This document shows positions 37,672 through 47,292 of a stretch of DNA of 64,000 nucleotides, in pieces. The stretch is from positions 4,042 through 68,041 of the forward strand of contig JAFVTF010000067.1 of the NCBI GenBank assembly GCA_017503375.1, read 5' to 3'. This DNA is from Lentisphaeria bacterium (GTDB lineage Bacteria; Verrucomicrobiota; Lentisphaeria; Victivallales; UBA1829). Each line of letters begins with the position of its first letter. Position 1 is the stretch's first letter. Under the pieces are notes generated by a model. It made no database searches, had not been told where the DNA came from, and saw only the letters and a program-made list of their open reading frames with translations. Position numbers and translations under genes: made by a program.

Positions 37672-38928
37672 TTATCGGATCTGTCCGTTTCCGCGGACTT
37701 TGTATTTGTAAACAGTCAACTCATCCAGACCCATGGGACCTCTGGCATGGATCTTATCCGTGCTGATTCCGATTTCTGCACCCATTCCGAATTCTCCGCC
37801 GTCGGTGAACCGTGTGGAGGAATTTGCATAAACAGCGGCAGAATCCACTTCATTCAGGAACTGTTCGGCTGCTTCTGCGTTATTGGTCAGAATGGAATCA
37901 CTGTGTCCGGAACCGTAAGTGTTGATATGGTCGATCGCTTCCCGGATATCTTTCACTGTTTTGACAGCCAGTTCCAAACAGAGATATTCTTTCGGCCAAT
38001 CGGAATCTTCCGCTGCAACTGATCTGGGAACCAGAGCTTTGAATGCAGGGTCCGCATGGAAGGTGACATCATGGAGCGCAGCATCGATCATCGGCGCAAA
38101 TTTCTGCAGAACAGATTCGTTGATAAGAAGCGTTTCCAGTGCGTTGCAGACACCGGGTCTCTGACATTTTGCATTGCGGATAATTTCACAGGCGCGTTCC
38201 AGATCGCAATCGGAATCAACGTAAATATGGCAAACTCCCTTATAATGCTTGATCACGGGCATGGTTGCCTGTTCCACTACAGCACGGATCAATCCTTCTC
38301 CGCCGCGGGGAATTACCAGACTGATATACTGATCCATTTTTACCATCATGGAAACTGCGGCTCTGTCCGTGCATGGAATCACACAGACTGCTCCTGCAGG
38401 CATTCCGGCTTTTTCTCCGGCTTTGCTGATACATTCTGCCAGTGCAATATTGGAGCGGATCGCTTCAGAACCGCCGCGCAGAACTACCGGATTTCCCGCT
38501 TTCAAACAGAGAACCGTGGAGTCAACTGTAACGTTCGGACGGGATTCATAGATAATTCCAATGACACCGATAGGAACGGAAACTTTCTGGATAAGCAAGC
38601 CGTTCGGGCGTGTTGTTTCAGAGAGAATTCTGCCGACAGGATCGGGCAGGGAAATGACATGGCGGACTCCGTCGGACATGGATTTGATTCTTGCATGGTC
38701 GAGTTTGAGACGGTCCAGCATTGCGGAAGAAAGTCCTGCTTTTGCCGCTTCTTCCATATCAATCGCATTGGCTGCAATGATTTCTGCTTCGGAAGCATCT
38801 ATCGCATCCGCCATTGCTGCAAGCCATTTATTTTTTTCTTCAGTAGTAGCTGTTGCCAGTTTCCGGGCAGCACTTTTCGCTTTTGCGCCCAGTGATTCCA
38901 GCATATTTTTCATTTCTGTCTGATCCAT
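37672..38928 (-). CDS. proA: Glutamate-5-semialdehyde dehydrogenase (gamma-glutamyl phosphate reductase)
   Basis: VCNALETLLI catalytic-Cys motif and aldehyde-dehydrogenase fold signatures. The start is moved to ATG 38928 (GAGGAG 9 nt upstream). The ORF-track start at 38958 is a TTG. Confidence 0.9.
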   Translation of the reverse strand: MDQTEMKNMLESLGAKAKSAARKLATATTEEKNKWLAAMADAIDASEAEIIAANAIDMEEAAKAGLSSAMLDRLKLDHARIKSMSDGVRHVISLPDPVGRILSETTRPNGLLIQKVSVPIGVIGIIYESRPNVTVDSTVLCLKAGNPVVLRGGSEAIRSNIALAECISKAGEKAGMPAGAVCVIPCTDRAAVSMMVKMDQYISLVIPRGGEGLIRAVVEQATMPVIKHYKGVCHIYVDSDCDLERACEIIRNAKCQRPGVCNALETLLINESVLQKFAPMIDAALHDVTFHADPAFKALVPRSVAAEDSDWPKEYLCLELAVKTVKDIREAIDHINTYGSGHSDSILTNNAEAAEQFLNEVDSAAVYANSSTRFTDGGEFGMGAEIGISTDKIHARGPMGLDELTVYKYKVRGNGQIR

Positions 38929-39045
38929 TGCTTCGATTCTCCTCAGATGTTGTTTCAATACGGGAATATAGCATGTTTTTTTTGAGAATCAATCACAAAA
39001 GAGGTGCCTTAAAACTATTTTTTTTGAAAAACAGCTATTTTCCAG

Positions 39046-39093
39046 ACAAAAAAAGATATCATGAAAGATTTTAGAACACTCTCATGATATCTT
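39046..39093 (-). terminator. Rho-independent terminator after the GH94 gene
   Basis: 12-bp stem aagatatcatga / tcatgatatctt (39053-39093), followed on the minus strand by a 7-T run. Confidence 0.7.
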
Positions 39094-39120
39094 TTGAGTT
39101 ATACGGAGATGCTTTTACAA

Positions 39121-41514
39121 TCAGATGATGGTGACATCCACCTTGACTTTTGTTCCTTTCGGAGCGCGGGGAATCAGATTCCCTTCGATGGGCGTTCCAT
39201 CGACAGAGATCTTCACGTTCGGTCCATTTTTGTGTTCCGGGTTCTGAACTTCAATGTGATAAAGAGCACCGGAAAGAATACGGTCAACACAGTACCCGCT
39301 CCAATCTGCCGGAATGCAGGGAACGATTCTCAGTCCATCTGCTTCCGGACGGACACCAAGGAGATATTCTGTTGCCGCACGGTAAATCCATGCCGCACCG
39401 CCTGTCAGATGGGTCAGTGATGCTTTTCCGCAGTTGCTGTTGATCGGACCGTAAACCCATGAGGCAAAAGCATAGGGTTCCCGTTCATAAAGATCGGCAT
39501 CCTTCGCTGTACGGTAATCCGGACGGATGTTCCGGAAATATTCCCATGCGCGGTCTGCATTTCCTCTGGAGGCTTCCGCAATGACTGCCCAGGTGTTTGC
39601 ATGATAGAAGAGTCCGGAGTTTTCGCCTGCACCCGGTGCATTACCGCAATATCTTGTACCATCCATGAGCTTGGTGAACGGAGGATAGAACAGCTGGATT
39701 CCGTAACGGGTATGCAGCTGGTCATAGACACTGTTCATTGCTTTTTCAATATGTTCCGGATCAAGAGTTCCGGCAAGAGATGCCCAGGTCTGAGCATTCA
39801 GGAAGATACTTCCTTCTTCGTTTTCTGCAGAACCCATTTTTTCTGCAGGGAAGAGCAGACGGCGGTACCAGTTTCCATCCCAGACATCTTCGGAATCCAA
39901 TGCTTTTGTGAAATCGGCGATCTTCTGATTCAGGAATGCCACATCGTCAGCATATTTGTCTCCCAGCATATTGATCAGCATCTTTGCCGCAACGATGTAC
40001 TGCATTGCGACCATGGTACTTTCTCCATCGCTCAGGATCGCACTGATGATCACAAGAGAATCATTCCAGTCACAGTTGTAAAGTTTCGGCAATCCGTGTT
40101 TCCCGACACTTGTTCCGGTGAATCTCATTGCGCGGAGCAGAAGATCAATGACTGTGGATTCTGTTCCTTCATAATCGGCAACAGGTGTGTTCAGAAATTC
40201 TTTGTCACCTGTTTCCGCAATATACTTTGCAATGGTGAAAATCCCCCATACGATTGCATCGCAGCGGAAATGTTCCGGATTGGAACATTTCAGAGAGACC
40301 GGATCAATATTGGTTACGATCTGTCCGTTTTCACGGATGGAGTGCATAAGGAGAAGGATATTTTCTTTTGTTTCTTCCGGGAAGAAAAGACTGCCTGCCA
40401 TGATATCCTGCATGGTATCACGGAATGTTTTGGAGGTTCCGCTTCCGGTGTGACGGTGAGAAATGGAGCGTCCGCAGCGCATGGTTGTTTTGATATTCTT
40501 TGGGAACCAGACGTTGAGCATTTCGTTCAAACCCTTTTCCGGAGTGTAAACCTGATTTTTCTCCAGAATGGAATCCCACCAGTCTCCGAAATTCTTTGCT
40601 GCTGCATCAACAACTGCAAGATCGTCATATTTTTTGAGCAATGCGCCTGCATCTTCCAGTTTCCGGCTTGCTGCAAGTTTGATGACAACCCGTTCAGATG
40701 CGCCCGGAGCAAGTTTGAAATTGAGTTTGAATGTCCCGCAAATATGGAATCCGGCTCCGGTAACTTCAGAGTTCGCAAGAACTCCGCTTTCCAGAGCTTC
40801 CGGATTTGCTTCGGAACGGCAGCGTCCGATGAATGTATCCCGACGCATGTCATAATTATTGAATTTTTTCGTTGCATTGAACAGGGTGAATCCCGGATGA
40901 TGTGCTTCAAATGCAAAGTAATCCAATGAAAGAGCATTGTATTCATCATTGTAATTTGCGGTCATCTGGTTGCCGCAGAAATGATAGTACATCACATCTT
41001 TTATGATATCGCGCATGGAGAAATCCAGATACGGATAGGCGGAGAAAACCATCTCTTCAGAGGTGTTGTTGGTGAATGTGACATCCCACAGCATGACAGG
41101 ATCTTCTGCCGGAATGAAATATTTTACCTGAGCCCGGAGTCCGTTCTTTTCAGAATCAAACTTTGTGTAATACATCCCGTGACGGCATTCGTATTTATCC
41201 AGCTTTGTAAATGTGGGAGAGGCTGACGGATTCCATACAGTTCCGTCGAGCTGGCGGATATAGAGATAAAATCCCGGATGATCTTCAGGGGTCGCCATGT
41301 ACTGATAACGGGTCAGACGTCCGGTGTGCGGCTGTTTGTACCAGACGGTTCCGCCTGCACGGTTGGAAACAAATGCATCCAGATCGCCAACTCCGCCAAG
41401 ATAATTGATCCAGGCTTTCGGAGTATAGGGCGAGGTGATGACATATTCTCTGTTTTCAGAGTCAAAATATCCATACTTGCATTTGCTTGTGTCAATAGAC
41501 GGTTCTCTGCTCAT
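39121..41514 (-). CDS. GH94-family glycan phosphorylase (cellobiose/chitobiose phosphorylase-like), cytoplasmic
   Basis: N-terminus KYGYFDSENREYVITSPYTPKAWINYLGG is the characteristic GH94 opening. About 800 aa, no signal peptide, AAAGGA RBS. Confidence 0.75.
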   Translation of the reverse strand: MSREPSIDTSKCKYGYFDSENREYVITSPYTPKAWINYLGGVGDLDAFVSNRAGGTVWYKQPHTGRLTRYQYMATPEDHPGFYLYIRQLDGTVWNPSASPTFTKLDKYECRHGMYYTKFDSEKNGLRAQVKYFIPAEDPVMLWDVTFTNNTSEEMVFSAYPYLDFSMRDIIKDVMYYHFCGNQMTANYNDEYNALSLDYFAFEAHHPGFTLFNATKKFNNYDMRRDTFIGRCRSEANPEALESGVLANSEVTGAGFHICGTFKLNFKLAPGASERVVIKLAASRKLEDAGALLKKYDDLAVVDAAAKNFGDWWDSILEKNQVYTPEKGLNEMLNVWFPKNIKTTMRCGRSISHRHTGSGTSKTFRDTMQDIMAGSLFFPEETKENILLLMHSIRENGQIVTNIDPVSLKCSNPEHFRCDAIVWGIFTIAKYIAETGDKEFLNTPVADYEGTESTVIDLLLRAMRFTGTSVGKHGLPKLYNCDWNDSLVIISAILSDGESTMVAMQYIVAAKMLINMLGDKYADDVAFLNQKIADFTKALDSEDVWDGNWYRRLLFPAEKMGSAENEEGSIFLNAQTWASLAGTLDPEHIEKAMNSVYDQLHTRYGIQLFYPPFTKLMDGTRYCGNAPGAGENSGLFYHANTWAVIAEASRGNADRAWEYFRNIRPDYRTAKDADLYEREPYAFASWVYGPINSNCGKASLTHLTGGAAWIYRAATEYLLGVRPEADGLRIVPCIPADWSGYCVDRILSGALYHIEVQNPEHKNGPNVKISVDGTPIEGNLIPRAPKGTKVKVDVTII

Positions 41515-41591
41515 AATATGATCCTTTCATACGGTTGATTATGAGACAATATACCCCGTGAATGACGATTGTCAAGGAATATTTTGAAAAA

Positions 41592-42611
41592 TCAGTAAAC
41601 AGGTTTCCCTGTTACGATAAAATCCACTCCGCAACGGGTTATTTTCATCCCTTCAACAGGGATTGCTTCAGATAACGTTATCGGGTCTGCTCCGTCACAG
41701 ACAGTACGGCTCCCGGCTCCACAGAGAATTTTCGGTGCATAGTGAAATTCTATTTCATTGACAGCTTTTGCCGCCAGTGCGGATGCCGCAAGGGTTCCTC
41801 CGCCTTCAATCAACAGCTGCATAACACCGCGTCTGCCAAGCTCCTGCAGAAAATTTTCCCATGCCACCGCTGTGGAAAGATTCACAAATTCCCAGCCCTC
41901 TCTCTGTTCCAAACGTTCCGGATGGGCTGTTGCAGCAAACCGCAGCGGCGTCCGCAAGACTTTTCCGGCAGCGGTTCGTATGGTCAATGAAGGATGATCC
42001 AACCGATAGGTTTCTGCTCCTACCAGAATTGCATCTGAATTTTTCCGCAATAACTGAACACGTTTCCGTGCTTGTTCCGAGGTGATCCATTGGGAGTTTC
42101 CCGAGGCAGTCGCAATCTTTCCATCCAGCGTGGATGCCATCTTCAGAATCACGAACGGTTTATGATTGGTTATGTGATAAAAAAATGCCCGGTTTGCCTG
42201 AAGACATTTTTCTTCCAGTATTCCGGTTTCCACAGTGATTCCGGCTGCCCGGAGAATTTCAAAACCTTTTCCCGCATGTTTTCCATTGGAATCTGTACAT
42301 CCTGCGAATACCCGTGCAATTCCGGCATTGATGATTGCAGAAGTGCAGGGCGGTGTTCTTCCTGTTGTGCAGCAAGGTTCCAGAGTGACATAAATATCTG
42401 CCCCTTTCAGGGAACGTTTTCCTGCAAAACGGATGGCTTCGACTTCCGCATGAGGCTGTCCGGCTCCATGATGCCAGCCCTCTCCGATGATTGTTCCATT
42501 TTTTACAATAACTGCTCCGACAACCGGATTCGGGGCGGTGAAACCTCTGGCACGCTCCGCCAGATTCAATGCCCGCTGCATCATCTTTTTATGAAATGTT
42601 TGCTGTTCCAT
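41592..42611 (-). CDS. ribD: Bifunctional riboflavin biosynthesis deaminase/reductase RibD
   Basis: CMP/dCMP deaminase zinc motifs HAEVEA...PCCTTGRTPPC, then a reductase domain. Start is either ATG 42611 or a GTG at 42626 that overlaps the upstream stop codon. Confidence 0.9.
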   Translation of the reverse strand: MEQQTFHKKMMQRALNLAERARGFTAPNPVVGAVIVKNGTIIGEGWHHGAGQPHAEVEAIRFAGKRSLKGADIYVTLEPCCTTGRTPPCTSAIINAGIARVFAGCTDSNGKHAGKGFEILRAAGITVETGILEEKCLQANRAFFYHITNHKPFVILKMASTLDGKIATASGNSQWITSEQARKRVQLLRKNSDAILVGAETYRLDHPSLTIRTAAGKVLRTPLRFAATAHPERLEQREGWEFVNLSTAVAWENFLQELGRRGVMQLLIEGGGTLAASALAAKAVNEIEFHYAPKILCGAGSRTVCDGADPITLSEAIPVEGMKITRCGVDFIVTGKPVY

Positions 42612-42622
42612 AATAAACTTTC

Positions 42623-43948
42623 TCACTTTTCAACGGAAATCGTATAGGCAGCCAGAGTGATTGCCCATGCCTGATCGAAAGGCATGGTTTTGAATTCATG
42701 ACCTTCTCCCCAACAGTCTGTATAAATGATTGTTCGTGTGGAATTATTGAAACCTATGATCAGACGCATGTGAGTCATCGGCGGTTTCGCCGGAAGATTT
42801 TCTTCTTTGATAACGCCCAGAACCGTATACCAGACCAGAGGCTGTCCTGTCATGACATTTTTCATGATATTGCTTTGAAACGTTGATGCTGCATGATCGT
42901 CTTTTCTGATTTTCACAAGAATATCTGCATCCATTTTCAAAAATGATGCTGCAGCTGCGACTTTTCCTTTTTTCGGAATTTCCATTTTCTTTTTACCGGA
43001 ACTTTTTGCAGAACGGTTATATTTTCCCAGAAGATTCTGCAGCCGTCTCAGTGATCTGTCTCCTGTAAAATAGACAAAATCCTCTTTGATTTTCAGCTTG
43101 TTTTTAATGCAGGTTGTCTTTAATACGATCTGTAAATCTTCAACATCTGAGTACAATTTTGCATCTTTTTTTAACGCTTCCGCTGCAATCGGTTTTTCCG
43201 GTTTTATTCCATGATATTCCATGATTCTCTGAATAACAGCCGCAGCGCAATTCCCTTTTTCACCTTGCTCAAACATCGGAAATTTCTCCAGAAAAACATT
43301 CCCGTTTGCTTCGCGTTTGACGGAAAAACGGTTTTCCTGAATTCCGTACGGACGGTCGTAAGCTGTCTGTGAGATAAAACGCTGCAATGGGTTCTTTCCC
43401 GGCTGGACGGTTTCAAATTCTATCTGAAGAAAGCCCGGATCATCTCCCATGTTCTCCAAGCGTTTGATTCCCCATTTCATGACACACACATATTTCCCTG
43501 CAACCCAGACAACCGCATTCAGCCGCAAATTACCCGAGCTGCGTCTCAATAATTTTGCTTTCACACCGGGGTAGCGTTTTTTCAGCGCATCATAGATCTT
43601 TTTCATATTATTCCGGAAGATATTTGCCGGCATAATTTCTCCACTTCTGCTTTCATACAGGGTGAGACAGAGGAATGACGGGGTTTTATCATAGAATTTG
43701 ACATAAGCATTTGAAACGTTGAATCCAAGGAATGTAAACTTTTCTTTGCTTTTGGGATCAGCCGGATAATAGGCCTCATTTTTCGCCGCATTACTCCACA
43801 TGAAAAGATTTTTTTCCCCATCCGGAACAATAAGCTGATCTTTGGTTTTTGAGAAAAACTCATGTCCGTTTCCAATAAATTTCAGCATGTCCTCTGCAAA
43901 AACAGTTGCAGTCAGCATGAGCAGAACCGGAATAAAAAACTTTTTCAT
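42623..43948 (-). CDS. Secreted hypothetical protein with a papain-fold (C39-like) Q-C-H-D signature (paralog B)
   Basis: Start at ATG 43948 (MKKFFIPVLLMLTATVFA signal peptide). QGEKGNCAAAVIQRIMEYHGI, then THMRLIIGFN, then IIYTDCWGEGHEF. Confidence 0.6.
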   Translation of the reverse strand: MKKFFIPVLLMLTATVFAEDMLKFIGNGHEFFSKTKDQLIVPDGEKNLFMWSNAAKNEAYYPADPKSKEKFTFLGFNVSNAYVKFYDKTPSFLCLTLYESRSGEIMPANIFRNNMKKIYDALKKRYPGVKAKLLRRSSGNLRLNAVVWVAGKYVCVMKWGIKRLENMGDDPGFLQIEFETVQPGKNPLQRFISQTAYDRPYGIQENRFSVKREANGNVFLEKFPMFEQGEKGNCAAAVIQRIMEYHGIKPEKPIAAEALKKDAKLYSDVEDLQIVLKTTCIKNKLKIKEDFVYFTGDRSLRRLQNLLGKYNRSAKSSGKKKMEIPKKGKVAAAASFLKMDADILVKIRKDDHAASTFQSNIMKNVMTGQPLVWYTVLGVIKEENLPAKPPMTHMRLIIGFNNSTRTIIYTDCWGEGHEFKTMPFDQAWAITLAAYTISVEK

Positions 43949-43968
43949 TCTATAGAACCTTCTGTTTA

Positions 43969-45315
43969 TTAATACATTTTCCGTTCTCTGGGAAGAAGAT
44001 AGAGCAATCTGTTTGTAATTGTCCATGCATATTGAATCGGCATGGATTTCAATTCATGACCAATTCCCCAGGTGTCTGTGTAAAGAATTTCCTGATTCTT
44101 TTCATTGAATCCGATAATCAAACGCATATGACCGCCTTTGGATTGAAGCGAGAGTTTTTCCTCCGGCATAATCCCAAGCATAACACACCAGATCACCGGA
44201 ATTCCCTCCTGGATATTTTTCATGATAATTTTTTGAAATTTCCGGAATTCAGAATCACCGTTCCGTACTTTTGAATAAAGCTCCGGATCCATACTGTAAA
44301 TCGTTTCATCCAGATAAACAGTTCTGTTCCGGACAATCATTTTCATTTCCGGTTTCTTCTCTTTTTTTGCCAGCCGGTTGTAAGATGACACTATTTTTTT
44401 CAAATTTTTTATGGCTTCATTCCGGGAAAATAAATTATATTCATTCCGGAGTTTTACTCCGAATTTTCCACTGACATTTTCCAGAGTCTTTACCATGTTT
44501 TCCACAGAAGTTCCGCCGGAAGCAGTCGTCCCGCAAAGCTGCGCAATCGTATGCTGATTGACCGGAATGTTGTAATATCTTAAAACCCGTTCCAGAACTG
44601 CTGCAACACAATACCCCTTTTGTCCCTGATCAACCATTGGGATATTGGCTATATAGACATTCCCGTTGGGTTCCCTCCGGATATTTTCCGGAAGATTTTT
44701 CCGGGATGTGATTTCCGTGCGGTCTGCCTTCACCAGAGAACGTTTCGCTGGATCGTTCGCAGGATTGAACGGTTCAAATTCAACTTGAAGATATTCCGGC
44801 TTTTCTTTCCGTTTGGTTTTTCCGCTGAGACTCCATTTCATGATACAGGAGTATTTCTTTCCGCGCCAGACCACTCCGTGAACATACATCCCGTCAGAGA
44901 GTTTTTCCCGCAGCCGGACCGGTTTTTCTCCCGGATATACCGTTTTTATGTAATTATACAATTCCTGCGTTTTTTTCTGGAATTGAGCAACCGTAATTGG
45001 CTGATTGTCTCCACGGTTGTAAACAGAAATATAGATACGGCTGACACTGTTGTCCTTAAAATCTACAATGACTTCTGAAACGGGATTTCCCAGCAATGTC
45101 AATTTATCCGGGATTTTAGGGTGCACCGGATAGCGTGCGGACGTCTTTTCGTCAGATGTCCAACGGAAAAATCGGGCATTGGAGGGTTTTATGAAAAGAG
45201 GACGGTTTTCGGAAAAAATCTGAAAATCTTTCCCGATGATTTTCATGAGATCTTCCGCTGCGGTATGTATGGAAAACAGACACAAGAGACTCAAAAAAAC
45301 AATTTTTCCTTTCAT
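43969..45315 (-). CDS. Secreted hypothetical protein with a papain-fold (C39-like) Q-C-H-D signature (paralog A)
   Basis: Signal peptide MKGKIVFLSLLCLFSIHTAA. QGQKGYCVAAVLERVLRYYNI, then GGHMRLIIGFN, then ILYTDTWGIGHEL. Collinear with paralog B over the full length. Confidence 0.6.
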   Translation of the reverse strand: MKGKIVFLSLLCLFSIHTAAEDLMKIIGKDFQIFSENRPLFIKPSNARFFRWTSDEKTSARYPVHPKIPDKLTLLGNPVSEVIVDFKDNSVSRIYISVYNRGDNQPITVAQFQKKTQELYNYIKTVYPGEKPVRLREKLSDGMYVHGVVWRGKKYSCIMKWSLSGKTKRKEKPEYLQVEFEPFNPANDPAKRSLVKADRTEITSRKNLPENIRREPNGNVYIANIPMVDQGQKGYCVAAVLERVLRYYNIPVNQHTIAQLCGTTASGGTSVENMVKTLENVSGKFGVKLRNEYNLFSRNEAIKNLKKIVSSYNRLAKKEKKPEMKMIVRNRTVYLDETIYSMDPELYSKVRNGDSEFRKFQKIIMKNIQEGIPVIWCVMLGIMPEEKLSLQSKGGHMRLIIGFNEKNQEILYTDTWGIGHELKSMPIQYAWTITNRLLYLLPRERKMY

Positions 45316-45333
45316 AAAACACCCCTCCCGGTT

Positions 45334-46257
45334 TTAATCTTCCTCCAGCCCGAACATTGCGGAGGCATAACTTTTCGGATCAAATTCCTGAAGATCTTCC
45401 GGCTGTTCTCCGAATCCGGCAAACAGAACAGGAAGCTGAAATTCCGTTTGAATTCTGACAGCACAACCGCCTTTTCCTGTGCCATCCAGTTTTGTCAGGA
45501 CAACACCTGTGACCCCTGCTGTTTCTGAAAACTCTTTTGCCTGGGAAAGCATATTCATTCCCATGGAAGTATCCAGCGTGAGCAGGGTTTCATGAGGTGC
45601 ATCCGGAAGCAGTTTCGTAATGATTCTGCGCATCTTGGCAAGTTCATCCATCAGCGATTTTTTATTCTGCTGACGTCCGGCTGTATCTATGATGAGGTAA
45701 TCCGCTTTCTGTGCGATTGCAGATGAAACTGCATCGTATGCCACCGCAGCAGGGTCCGCTCCGGTCTTGGAGGCAACAATGCCTGCACCTGTCCGTTCTG
45801 CCCACAGTTTCAGCTGTTCTGAAGCTGCGGCCCGGAACGTATCACAGGCTCCCAGCATGACTTTCTTTCCCGCCCGCGTGAAAATCCAGGCAAGTTTTCC
45901 TGCTGTTGTGGTCTTTCCGCTTCCGTTGACTCCAACCATCAGAATAACAGTAGGGCCTTCCGGTGCAAGATTCAATGTTGACCGCCGGGTCTGCATCAGC
46001 GCAGTGATATCTCCTGCAGCGATTTCCAGAATATTTTCACTTCCGGAGAGAAGCCCTCTGTCATAGCGGTCTTTGATATCTTCCTTGATCTTTTTTGCGG
46101 CTTCTGCGCCGAAATCCGCTTCCAAAAGGACATGTTCCAGATTGGTAAAGGTGGAGGCATCCCACTTCTGAACATCTGTGAATATAGCGGTCACACCGCG
46201 GGTAATCGCCGTGGCTGTCTTTTGAAGTCCTTTTTTGAATACAGAAAACAATCCCAT
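45334..46257 (-). CDS. ftsY: Signal recognition particle receptor FtsY
   Basis: GVNGSGKTTTAGKLA, DTAGR and TKLDG SRP-GTPase motifs. The start is moved to ATG 46257 (MGLFSVFKKGLQKT), which abuts the nusB stop. Confidence 0.9.
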   Translation of the reverse strand: MGLFSVFKKGLQKTATAITRGVTAIFTDVQKWDASTFTNLEHVLLEADFGAEAAKKIKEDIKDRYDRGLLSGSENILEIAAGDITALMQTRRSTLNLAPEGPTVILMVGVNGSGKTTTAGKLAWIFTRAGKKVMLGACDTFRAAASEQLKLWAERTGAGIVASKTGADPAAVAYDAVSSAIAQKADYLIIDTAGRQQNKKSLMDELAKMRRIITKLLPDAPHETLLTLDTSMGMNMLSQAKEFSETAGVTGVVLTKLDGTGKGGCAVRIQTEFQLPVLFAGFGEQPEDLQEFDPKSYASAMFGLEED

Positions 46258-46258
46258 A

Positions 46259-46777
46259 TTACTCAATACCCTTATCTTTTGCATCCGGGGGGAGGGAGTC
46301 CTTGACACCATTCAGGATGCCGTTGATGAAGACTCCGGATTTTTCTGTTGCGTATGACTTGGAAATTTCGATTGCCTCGTCAATGCTGACAAGAATCGGG
46401 ATTTCCGGACAATATTTCAGTTCATAGACTGCGATACGGATGATATTCCGGTCTACTGCCGCCATGCGTTTGATATCCCATTTTTCTGAGAAAGATTCCA
46501 GAACACCGTCAATTTCATTCAGGTAAAAAAGAACACCGTCAATCATTTTTTCAGCATAATTTTTTGCCTTTTTGAAAACACGGTCATCAGAAGTCAAATC
46601 ACCTTCTGCGGCCTGTTCCCAGAACATTTCCCGGGCTTTTTCCACATCTTCTGCTGTATCTGTCTCCGGAGTCATATCACGGAGATAAAGATACTGCATG
46701 GCAAGTTCTCTGCCCAAACGTTTGAAGTGCGTCTGAGCATTTACCCGCACTGCCATATTCTTACGAGGAAGATTCAT
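46259..46777 (-). CDS. nusB: Transcription antitermination factor NusB
   Basis: RELAMQYLY...DRNIIRIAVYEL...AIEISKSY signatures, and the conserved ribH-nusB linkage. Confidence 0.85.
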   Translation of the reverse strand: MNLPRKNMAVRVNAQTHFKRLGRELAMQYLYLRDMTPETDTAEDVEKAREMFWEQAAEGDLTSDDRVFKKAKNYAEKMIDGVLFYLNEIDGVLESFSEKWDIKRMAAVDRNIIRIAVYELKYCPEIPILVSIDEAIEISKSYATEKSGVFINGILNGVKDSLPPDAKDKGIE

Positions 46778-46780
46778 TGC

Positions 46781-47272
46781 TTACTTTTTGCCTTTCTGAT
46801 TCATGGCCTTTGCAAGATTTGCCATTTCGATCGCAGAAACTGTTACGTCAAAACCGCGGTTTCCTGCCTTGGTTCCGCTGCGTTCAATAGCCTGTTCGAT
46901 ATTTTCTGTGGTTAAAACACCGTAAATCACAGGAATTCCGCTTTCCAGAGAAAGCTGTCCCAGAGATTTGGAAACCTGACCGTTGATGTAGGATGCGTGA
47001 GCTGTTGCTCCCTGAATCACACAGCCGAGTGCGATCACTGCATCATATTTTCCATTTGCAAGGAAACGGGAGGCAACGTAGGGAAGTTCATAACTTCCGG
47101 GGCACCATGCCACATCAACATTATCAAGACTGCCGCCGTGGCGTACAATGGCGTCATACGCTCCATCCAGAAGTTTTTCCACAAAAAAGGTGTTGAATCT
47201 GGAACAGGCAATTGCAATCTTCAGCCCTTTGGCATCCAGTTTTCCTTCAAAAACGTTCGCAGGTGTATTCAT
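46781..47272 (-). CDS. ribH: 6,7-dimethyl-8-ribityllumazine synthase
   Basis: IACSRFN...PGSYELP...ALGCVIQGATAHASYI...GVLT motifs, 163 aa. Confidence 0.9.
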   Translation of the reverse strand: MNTPANVFEGKLDAKGLKIAIACSRFNTFFVEKLLDGAYDAIVRHGGSLDNVDVAWCPGSYELPYVASRFLANGKYDAVIALGCVIQGATAHASYINGQVSKSLGQLSLESGIPVIYGVLTTENIEQAIERSGTKAGNRGFDVTVSAIEMANLAKAMNQKGKK

Positions 47273-47292
47273 TTTCTTTCCTCCTGTCTTTT

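Noticed and set aside
38929-38958. ORF-track starts that use non-ATG codons (TTG 38958 for proA, GTG 22512 for yggU, GTG 42626 for ribD)
   Set aside because: For proA and yggU, downstream ATGs with proper RBS spacing or stop/start coupling fit better, and the coordinates were adjusted. The ribD GTG remains a possible alternative and is noted in the feature.
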